A model generated the notes under the pieces. It was not told where the DNA came from and did no database searches. It worked only from the letters and a program-made list of their open reading frames with translations. From an uncultured Bacteroidota bacterium (GTDB lineage: Bacteria > Bacteroidota > Bacteroidia > Bacteroidales > GCA-2748055), in the NCBI GenBank assembly GCA_937129385.1, contig CAKZNC010000220.1, forward strand, positions 32,483 through 96,482: a stretch of 64,000 nt of DNA, in the 5' to 3' direction. The position numbers and the translations under genes were made by a program. This document shows positions 9,575 through 17,796 of the stretch, one piece after another (position 1 is the stretch's first letter; each line of letters opens with the position of its first letter).

Positions 9575-11326
9575 CTATTTCCTGACCAGTTTTTTGTTGG
9601 TCCTTTTCCCTTCATCATCCACAACCACCAGCATGTAAATCCCCCTTGAGAGAGCGGAAACATCCATTGTCAATTCCCCTGTTCCTGGTTGCTCAACCGT
9701 CATGACCTGTTTGCCGGTCGCATCATAAAGCAGGCATACCCTGATTTTGTTCACTGATTTGATCCGGACCTGGCCCGTGGCCGGATTGGGATAGATCCTT
9801 GTTGTTTCAATGAATCTTTTACCGGTAGCCACGGGGTCAACAGAAAATGTGATCGTATAGAGCTGCTGCGTCTCTCCATCAGCCGCGTCTACAAGGACAT
9901 AGCTCTGTCGGTCGGCGACATCCTCTGAATTCACATCCAGCGCATCCTCAACGACCACTGTTGCACCAGGGTCGTTGGAAACTGCTTCGATCAGAGGAGG
10001 ATCCAGTGTCCCGTGCGGGAGCAGTACATTATACTCACTGGTACCGGCCTCGAATTCAGGCTGCAGCTGAAGAACCGGATCATCAGGGAAACTGATTGAG
10101 GCGAGGCTGGCGTCGTCACTCAGCGTGCTGTAGACACCCGTGAGCTGAATATCGTCCATGATAAATTGTGCAGCACCCAGCTGGTAGATCTTGATGGTCA
10201 GATTTTCAGCCCGGGGAAGGATGTCCTCGTATTTGATCAGGTGGAAATACCCGTCATTGATGGAATTTTGATTTGTTCCCGGATAGGGTGTTTCAGGAGA
10301 TACCGTCACGATCGGGTACCAGTTGACGCTGTCGGCTGTATATCGCAATCCGATCATGTTCCCAGGGGTACCTCCCCAAAAGGTAAACCCGAATTGCAGC
10401 TGTACATCTGCATATTCACGTGTGTCCAGCGAGAAGACAAGTGTATCCCTGGAGACACCACCGTCATCCTCACTGGTGATCCACCAGTTCCCGTCATTGC
10501 TGTTGCCGTCATAGGATGTGGTGATATCATCTCCGTAGTTCTGGTAATGGACCCCATAATCGTTAAATACAAGAACATCCCCATTGGTGTAGTTCCCGTA
10601 ATCGCTGGCAGGTCCTTTAAAGTACTGGCTGGGTCCGAAGGTCTCCTTTGCGATGGTGACCCTTTCCATGCCACTATTTGGAGTTTTTACGACAAATTTC
10701 AGATCATCGAAATGGTAATCATAGTTACCGTTGGATTTGATCCGGATGGAGAGCCTGTCATTGGCAGCAATGTTCAGATCCGTGTTCACTGTAACCATGC
10801 TCCAGTTTGCGCCCCCGGCATCCTGGGGATCGGGCCATCCCGATGCATTGGATATCAGGTCAAAATTTTGCCAGGTGGCATTCTCAGGATCAGCAACCAC
10901 GTCATCAAAACTATACTGCAGGTTGAACAGCCAGTTCCCTGTCCAGGCATCGTTATTCCCACCTGCAAAGGCACAGCCAAATACGATATCATCCAACAAC
11001 GAATAATTTGTTACATCCAGATTTGCCCAGGTGAGGGTTACCCCGGATGCATTCCAATTGTTCCCAAGGAGGAAAAAGTTCCCCCCCGATGCGCCTTCAT
11101 ATTTTTCTTCCGAGGTGTTGTCAACGCCATAATAATTGATTGCCACAGCCTCTGAAGAGAGATAGGATGCCGCCGGATCAAGGTCATAGGAGGAGGGTGC
11201 AATCAGTTCGGCACTTGCCGTGGTACCTTCGGCACCAAAATCTTCATGCAGCAAGGTGATCTGCCCGAAGCCCTGCATCCACAGGACCATTCCGGTCAGG
11301 ATCAATGTTAATTTAATTATTTTCAT
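9575..11326 (-). CDS. T9SS-secreted protein of unknown function (two tandem beta-sandwich-like modules, cadherin-like segment, Por C-terminal domain)
   Basis: Signal peptide MKIIKLTLILTGMVLWMQGFG. Two ~190-aa modules each start with E[DT]FG and end with [FM]DD[LI][KQ][FL]. The segment DASLASISF...YTITFSVD follows. T9SS CTD: RIYPNPATGQVRI...LYDATGKQV...GIYMLVVV...KKLVRK. Confidence 0.7.
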   Translation of the reverse strand: MKIIKLTLILTGMVLWMQGFGQITLLHEDFGAEGTTASAELIAPSSYDLDPAASYLSSEAVAINYYGVDNTSEEKYEGASGGNFFLLGNNWNASGVTLTWANLDVTNYSLLDDIVFGCAFAGGNNDAWTGNWLFNLQYSFDDVVADPENATWQNFDLISNASGWPDPQDAGGANWSMVTVNTDLNIAANDRLSIRIKSNGNYDYHFDDLKFVVKTPNSGMERVTIAKETFGPSQYFKGPASDYGNYTNGDVLVFNDYGVHYQNYGDDITTSYDGNSNDGNWWITSEDDGGVSRDTLVFSLDTREYADVQLQFGFTFWGGTPGNMIGLRYTADSVNWYPIVTVSPETPYPGTNQNSINDGYFHLIKYEDILPRAENLTIKIYQLGAAQFIMDDIQLTGVYSTLSDDASLASISFPDDPVLQLQPEFEAGTSEYNVLLPHGTLDPPLIEAVSNDPGATVVVEDALDVNSEDVADRQSYVLVDAADGETQQLYTITFSVDPVATGKRFIETTRIYPNPATGQVRIKSVNKIRVCLLYDATGKQVMTVEQPGTGELTMDVSALSRGIYMLVVVDDEGKRTNKKLVRK

Positions 11327-11342
11327 TTTGTTGGGATTTGGG

Positions 11343-14300
11343 TCAGTTAATAATCAGTTTTCCTTTCCTGAAAGTGTTCCTTGCGACCAGTGTATATGTG
11401 TATACACCGGGTGACATGCCGGAGGCATTCCAATAATAGTGGTCCTCACTTCCTTCAGATAAGTGGTGCAATACCTGTCTGCCCGTAGCATCATAGATAG
11501 TGATCCGGGCCGGTTCGTTTGAAATGCGCTCATATCTGAAATTGAACCCTTCATCAGAGGGGTTGGGAAATACATTCAGACTTTTGATGTCCCTGTTTTC
11601 AACCCCGATGTATGGATCTACCACTGTAAAATGGATGCTGTCCGAGATGAGCATCCCTTCGGTTGTTTCAGCAACTGCATAGACTACATATTCACCCTCT
11701 TCCAGCTTTTTGAAGGAGACGCCATAGGTGCCATCAGCTGGGGAAGGCAGGTCATCCTCCATCTCATCATATCCAACATAGAAACGCACATTGCTGATGT
11801 CACCTGCGCATTCGGATGGCTCTGCCTTGACCACCACGTAGCTCCCCAGGTCAAACTCTTCATCCTCCAGGGGTTTCAAAAGGGTCAGGCAGCTGGAGGT
11901 GACACTGACCTGCTTCAGGTTGGTGGAGGAGAGTCCCCTGGTGTCATATGCCACAGCAATAATATCAGCTGTTCCTTCCAGGAGAGGTGTCCAGTTCACT
12001 GAATAGGGCTCCGAGCTGTCTTCACCGATCTTTTCATTGAAGTAAAAGAATTCCACCCGATCAACCTGTCCTCCCGTGGTTGCGTTGATTGTGATCTCCT
12101 CGTTGATCCGGTACAATCCATCGGAAAGGGGGTTCGTAATAGCAACTGATGGAGCGTCAGCCACATCACTGACAGCTATTTCCACGGTATTGGACATGGA
12201 AGAGAGGCCAAGGTTGTCTTCTGCTTCGGCTGAAATCAGCAGCGTACCTGGCTTTCCCACGGTAAAGACATAGGTGTTCTGATCTGTTTCCGGTTTTGCC
12301 AGCAACCTGTTATCCAGGTAAAGATTCACTTCATAGATCCATCCATCAGCATCACTGGCAGACAGGGTAACTGTCACCTCATCTCCAAGTTCGTAGGAGG
12401 CTTGATCAGTGGCAATGGAGATGACCGGTTCAACTCCGGGTTGGGCATTCCCGCCCGATGCGGTCACAAAACCATAGGCAGCAGCGGCCGGCGCAATAGT
12501 TTGGTGAACTGTAAATTCGTTGGTGGGCGGACAGCCATAATTTTCAAAATAGAGCTCATGCACCGGCCATACCAGGTCGTTCATAGCATCATTATACGCA
12601 GGGAACAACCTCCCGTCGAGCAGGGCAAAATCTGCATCATGACTGTTGTTGTAATAGCAGTTGTCCCCGGCATGCGGATGATCTCCCCCCGGTGCAAACC
12701 AGTCGCATCGTGTCCGCGGACCATAGACCGGTACCCCAGGTATATAGCCCGGATGCGTCGGGTTGTATTCACTGTCGTGGTGCAGCATGTATTGGGTATG
12801 GGTATGACCTGCATAGGTCAGCCACACCATGTTCAGCTGGTTGCCGCCAAGAAAATAGTCGTTGGTGGTAAAGCAGGCATCCATATATTTTGTCGCGTCA
12901 GGATCTGATGTCTGGTCACAGACCATTTTCGCAACCATGGCCGGGAGTATCCAGGGGGTGGTGGCCTGACCGTTCCAGACAGGTTGCAACATACTCCCCC
13001 CCCAGCGCATGCTTCTGTTGGCATCAATGGCATCTGTTACACGGTTGTTTGCATATTTTTTAACTACCTGTCTCAGATCATCCTGGAGCGTTGCATCGAA
13101 AGTTCCACTATAAAGCGGATCGGTGCCATCCATGGTGGCATATGCAAAGACAGCCCATTTTGATTCCCCGGGGTCGGTTGTTGAAGCGGTGATATTTTCC
13201 AATGCCAGGTCAAGTTTTAACTGATCAATGTATCCTTGCTCGCCGGTGAGTTTATACAACCATGCCGCCGCAGCCGCCCTGTTTTCAACAAATTGCTTCC
13301 CATTTTCATCACCGGAAATCGTATTGTTCATGGCCCAGTTGTATGCACTGATTGCTGAATCGGCATATTCAGCGATAATAGCGGTATAATCCTCCCCGGT
13401 TCTTGTCTCCGCGATGCCCAGGTTAAAGGCATATTGCGCAGCAATACTGGCAAATGCATACGAATCCCTCGGGTCTTCGCCATGAACGATCCAGGTGGTA
13501 CAATCCTCCCATGAAGGAATACCGGCAATCCGGCAATCCCTGAATGTAAAATCGGGATAATTATCCGTGGTGATCCCCAGGCTTTCATTTACCGTTGAAA
13601 TATCAGGGTGCACACGTGAACCGAAAATGCCGCCCGTGGGACCCACATTGTTCTTGAAATAATCGACCAGCCAGACTGCCTCATCCAGTATGTCCGGGAT
13701 GTGAGTGCCGGAATAGCCGTTGTATTCAGCCTGTGATTCTGGAATATCCAGTTCCCCGTCACTGAAATTATCTGGTGCCAGTTCATAGGTGTACATCAAT
13801 ACCCTTGGCACCCTGAAATGAGAGAAATAGCCATCCCAATCACCAGCATCATGGTACCATCCACGGATTCCTGTGAGATCGACACTCCAGTCCAGGTTTT
13901 CAAAGATATTTTGCCGCTGGTTCTGTCCGGATTCATCCGTCAGGTCCATGCTACGCACATGTGTATAAACAAGATCTGCATCTTCCCAGGCTGGGTGTGC
14001 CCATTTCATTCCATATGCTTCCGGGGCATCGATCAGCGCGCGTTCGAGGTAGATCCCCTTCATGGTCCAGTAGAATGCCTCGTGGTAGGCATCAGCGTTG
14101 ATCCGAAACGGATAGGATGCCCCTACATCTTCAACGACCAGGATATATTCTCCCTCCTGGGTGAAAGAAGAAAAGTCGCATTCATAGACATTGGAGACCA
14201 CGTAGTTGTTGTAAGGGGATTGATTGCTCTGGTTATTGTCCTTCTCGGTGTAATCCTTTTGCTTGTCAACGGTCCCATTAAAGACTGAAGTCACGGGAAT

Positions 14301-14948
14301 TCCATTCGCATCGAGTTCCAGTAGGTCAAATCTGTTTCCAATCAGCCCGTCATCTGTAAGCGGACCCAAGGTTCCCATCCATTGTGAGATATAGGCATAT
14401 TTGCTCCCGGCCTGCGGGGCATACCCGAAATTATTTGTATGGATTGAAATTGCCCGCGTGGTTGCAAGGTCATAGGTAAACGTATATGACCCCATATTAT
14501 CGGCCAGTCCGCTCATATGAATTGTATAGGTTTTACCCGATACAAGCGGAGTCGGCAGCTCAAGATAGATATAGTGGTGGGAGGCATAGTCGTTCTTACA
14601 GGCAGCTCCCGGCCATGGCGGATCATTCCAGTTGATGCATTTCTTGGAAAAATCATGTCCCTTACTTTTCCTGCCAGTGAATAGTGGATTCATCGGCTCA
14701 CTATACCCTTCGTCATCCTCACTGCTGATGGCATAGACCAACGGGTTTTCTGCACGTTCAACATTCAGTGGCCAGAGGTATGACTGGTCATCACTGCCGC
14801 TTTCGTGATAGCCATGCTGCTTGATATAGCCATCATCAAAGACCAAAACCAATATTTTGTTAGTTACGGGAGATACTTCTACCAGGTCAGCACCATGCAG
14901 GCCAAAGCCTGACAGAACCATGACCAGCATGATCAGTGTTTTCTTCAT
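11343..14948 (-). CDS. glycoside hydrolase family 9 endoglucanase with Ig-like modules and T9SS C-terminal domain
   Basis: Signal peptide MKKTLIMLVMVLSGFGLHG. GH9 motifs WYHDAGDWDGY and PPTNEFTVHQTIAPAAAAY. Three ~90-aa Ig-like modules. CTD: LNVFPNPSDEGFNF...ITIYDATGRQV...GVYTYTLV...GKLIIN. Confidence 0.8.
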   Translation of the reverse strand: MKKTLIMLVMVLSGFGLHGADLVEVSPVTNKILVLVFDDGYIKQHGYHESGSDDQSYLWPLNVERAENPLVYAISSEDDEGYSEPMNPLFTGRKSKGHDFSKKCINWNDPPWPGAACKNDYASHHYIYLELPTPLVSGKTYTIHMSGLADNMGSYTFTYDLATTRAISIHTNNFGYAPQAGSKYAYISQWMGTLGPLTDDGLIGNRFDLLELDANGIPVTSVFNGTVDKQKDYTEKDNNQSNQSPYNNYVVSNVYECDFSSFTQEGEYILVVEDVGASYPFRINADAYHEAFYWTMKGIYLERALIDAPEAYGMKWAHPAWEDADLVYTHVRSMDLTDESGQNQRQNIFENLDWSVDLTGIRGWYHDAGDWDGYFSHFRVPRVLMYTYELAPDNFSDGELDIPESQAEYNGYSGTHIPDILDEAVWLVDYFKNNVGPTGGIFGSRVHPDISTVNESLGITTDNYPDFTFRDCRIAGIPSWEDCTTWIVHGEDPRDSYAFASIAAQYAFNLGIAETRTGEDYTAIIAEYADSAISAYNWAMNNTISGDENGKQFVENRAAAAAWLYKLTGEQGYIDQLKLDLALENITASTTDPGESKWAVFAYATMDGTDPLYSGTFDATLQDDLRQVVKKYANNRVTDAIDANRSMRWGGSMLQPVWNGQATTPWILPAMVAKMVCDQTSDPDATKYMDACFTTNDYFLGGNQLNMVWLTYAGHTHTQYMLHHDSEYNPTHPGYIPGVPVYGPRTRCDWFAPGGDHPHAGDNCYYNNSHDADFALLDGRLFPAYNDAMNDLVWPVHELYFENYGCPPTNEFTVHQTIAPAAAAYGFVTASGGNAQPGVEPVISIATDQASYELGDEVTVTLSASDADGWIYEVNLYLDNRLLAKPETDQNTYVFTVGKPGTLLISAEAEDNLGLSSMSNTVEIAVSDVADAPSVAITNPLSDGLYRINEEITINATTGGQVDRVEFFYFNEKIGEDSSEPYSVNWTPLLEGTADIIAVAYDTRGLSSTNLKQVSVTSSCLTLLKPLEDEEFDLGSYVVVKAEPSECAGDISNVRFYVGYDEMEDDLPSPADGTYGVSFKKLEEGEYVVYAVAETTEGMLISDSIHFTVVDPYIGVENRDIKSLNVFPNPSDEGFNFRYERISNEPARITIYDATGRQVLHHLSEGSEDHYYWNASGMSPGVYTYTLVARNTFRKGKLIIN

Positions 14949-15326
14949 CGTTTAGTTAGTTTGTTGTTGGGTATAAAAGTAAAAAGTTTCTGCATATTAC
15001 ACGCCTTGTGGAGAATGATATGGAACCATTCAAAATAGATGCGCAAAGGCAGGCTGTCTATCTGCCTCCAAACCTTCCTGCACGCTGCATTAAAATTTGT
15101 ATGCTATACTGAATATGAGTCCATGGTTGTTCAATCCGAGCTCATTTCCCTGCTGATCTTCCTGTCTGGGTACTGAAATGGCAATAAACAGTAACATTAT
15201 AAAGGATAGGTTTTTCTCATCATGTAGTTCTTACGGGTTAAAACCTGATCTTCGGATCTCTGTTTTTCAGTCTGTCAGGCACTTGCCAATGATGCCTCGG
15301 TATATGCAGTTCGTGCCCGGGGTCAC

Positions 15327-16055
15327 CTATTCAACAACCCCAATTACTGCATGGTAAGCGGGTTTGGGTTTGAGTTCCCTGTCAAATAACAGGGGATAAT
15401 TTGTTCGCCCCTTTACGGGCCAGTTGTTCAGCCAGGATGACCTGTCGGATATGCCCCAGAAGGTAACCCTCTCAATCTTATCGCGATGCTTTTTAAATAC
15501 ACTGAAAAGTTCTTCGTATCGCCGGGTGAGAGCCGCCTGCCTGTGCCCGGGCAAACCATTGGGCCAGGGATTCAACTCTGCTTTCATCTGTTGGCGTTTC
15601 CTCACATCGGCACCATGGTCTCCCCATTCCGTATGCAAAACGTTGATATCCAGTTCAGTGATATGAACCCCGATGTTCTGTTCAGCGAATGCTACAATGC
15701 TATTTTCAATCTCGGCTATGGCTGGGTATTCAAGCTGGTAATGACACTGCATCCCTATTCCATCCACTTTCAGCCCCTGTTTTTTCAAAGCATTGATCAA
15801 TCGAACAGCCCCTTCCCTCTTTTCGGGGTTCGCCAGTGAATAATCGTTATAGAGAAGAATGGCATTGGGATCCGCTTCATGCGCATATTCAAATGCCTTT
15901 CCTATCCAGTCATCACCTATGATCTGGTGCCATTTATTCTGACATATTGACCACTTTTGCCCGTTCACAACTTCTATTGCGATGAATAAAATCAACAGGA
16001 GGATCGTGATCATTTTCACTTTCCTGGTTATTGTGGCCCCTGTATACGGAATCAT
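15327..16055 (-). pseudogene. N-terminally truncated GH10 xylanase relic
   Basis: Retains FEYAHEADPNAILLYNDYS, VDGIGMQCH, the nucleophile motif HITELDI, and FWGISDRSSW...PLLFD...KPKPAY. Homology starts only at EVVNGQ, which aligns with WDVVNE with the acid/base Glu replaced by Gly. About half of the barrel is missing. Confidence 0.6.
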
Positions 16056-16214
16056 GCGGTTCCTGATTGTACAAAAGGAGGAGGTTGCAGGCCATATACA
16101 ATTTAGTGGATTCCAGGACCAGGCTTACAAGGATCACTGGTGGATTCCTGCAATATATGGAAACAAATCCCTGAACCGACTGGTTTGTCGGAACTTCCCC
16201 CGGAATACAATTTG

Positions 16215-17069
16215 TCAGCCCTCCAGGTATTCCCAGTCCCTGATCTCTTCAAATTTTTCCATCCCTTTGATGGCAGAGGGATGTTTCAATAATTCTTCAA
16301 CCTGTGCGGCAGGAAGCTGATCTGACAGCAAATCTTCCCTGATATAGATAAAATTGAACCCATACTGGTTGGCGCCCACCAGCCTGTATCCTTTTCTTTC
16401 GGCCAACCTGGTCATCGCCACGGGAGATGCTCCGTGATAAACGGGATGTCTTCCGGGAAAACTGTAATCGGGATTGTATGGGACCACGATATTGTTCATG
16501 CCGAATTCATTATGCGTCTCTATGATCACAACTTGTGGCTGCACGACATCGATGGCATCCCATACCCAGTAATCGTTCCCGTCGATATCTATGGATACAA
16601 GGCCAATTTCTCCGGATACTTCCCCCTGCGTGATCAGCTCATTGATGTTTTCCCGCGTGACTTTGCCCTGGATAAAAACAGGTTTGTACATCCATTCATG
16701 CGGATGACGCGCATAGAAACGTCTTCCTATCTCCACCTGGTCCCTATCGGCATCTATAAAGACCCCGTGCCATCCATGGTGAAAATAGAGGTTGGCACAG
16801 TTGCTGTTGATCCCGTCGGCTGATCCTATCTCGACAAAGGTTTTTTTATCCATTCCCAGCAATGAAAAAATATAGAGCAGAAGGCCATCCTCCTCGAACT
16901 GGGAAAACACACGAAAGCCTGTATCCTTCAGAGGTGGAAGCTGCTCAGCAGGAAGAGATCTGTATTTTAGATACAGTTCACGCTGTACGATAGACACTGC
17001 GGGGGCAAACCGGTGCCTGATGAAGTAGTAATAGAAGTGTTTTTTAATTGTTTTTCTGAACCAGTTCAT
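16215..17069 (-). CDS. FkbM-like / class I SAM-dependent methyltransferase (tentative)
   Basis: The pattern SQFEEDGLLLYIF...FVEIGSADGINSNCANL...GWHGVFIDAD resembles the FkbM-type methyltransferase N-terminal core. No other motif recognised. Confidence 0.45.
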   Translation of the reverse strand: MNWFRKTIKKHFYYYFIRHRFAPAVSIVQRELYLKYRSLPAEQLPPLKDTGFRVFSQFEEDGLLLYIFSLLGMDKKTFVEIGSADGINSNCANLYFHHGWHGVFIDADRDQVEIGRRFYARHPHEWMYKPVFIQGKVTRENINELITQGEVSGEIGLVSIDIDGNDYWVWDAIDVVQPQVVIIETHNEFGMNNIVVPYNPDYSFPGRHPVYHGASPVAMTRLAERKGYRLVGANQYGFNFIYIREDLLSDQLPAAQVEELLKHPSAIKGMEKFEEIRDWEYLEG

Positions 17070-17215
17070 GCTTCGGGTTATCTAAATTATGTACGAAAAT
17101 AAGCAAATATCTTCCACCATCGTTATGACCCTGGATCCGGAATGCTATCATTTCATTTTAGCACCTGATCCCGGGAGAATGATTTGTTCTTTTACATTTC
17201 TGTATCAGCACCTGT

Positions 17216-17796
17216 ATGAAATTGCCCTTCAAAAATATAATGACCCATAAGGCAGCCACGATCGGGGTATTTGTGATCGTGATGCTATCGTTATCATATC
17301 ATTACAATACTCATGAGATCATCAGCTATCGGCCGACTTCCGATCACCAGTGGAGAAACAGCGTCAGTGCTTCCATTGCGCTGAATTATTACCATCATGG
17401 TGATTTTTTTTCATTCGCGCACCCACAATTTGCAGGCCAACGATTACACTTCTGACATTACCATTACCGAATTCCCGGCCCTGTATTATGCCATTGGTAT
17501 GTTATACAGGGTATTCGGATATCATGAATTCATTTATAAACTGATCAATATTCTCATCGGATTTACGGGATTGTACTTTTTTACCGCAATTATGAATTGT
17601 CCCGAAAGCGGGATTTTTCTCCGTGCTGTTCCTGATCCTGGCATGGTATGGTATGCATATGCGAAGATCTATACCGATGCTCATGGCGGGGTGGTCTCTC
17701 ATTCACTTTGCTCTTCTTCAGGGTTCCTCAAAATTAGAAGGGATACCCCAGCGCAACATTAAATACAATATTTTCCTGTCTCCAGGTTTGATCTGA
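17216..17796 (+). pseudogene. frameshifted and 3'-truncated membrane glycosyltransferase-like gene (GT39/ArnT-like N-terminus)
   Basis: Three consecutive frames carry plausible membrane-protein sequence: ...ALNYYHHGDFF | HSRTHNLQANDYTSDITITEFPALYYAIGMLYRVFG...LYFFTAIMN | FSVLFLILAWYGMHMRRSIPMLMAGWSLIHFALL. The shifts lie at T8 (17404..17411) and near T5 (17614..17618). The reading runs into the 3' end of the convergent Omp85 gene. Confidence 0.45.

Noticed and set aside
10166-11155. 329-aa ORF on the plus strand
   Set aside because: It is entirely antisense to the well-supported T9SS cargo gene 9575..11326. It has a low-complexity, Pro/Gly/Ile-rich translation and no recognisable motif, so it is a typical shadow ORF.
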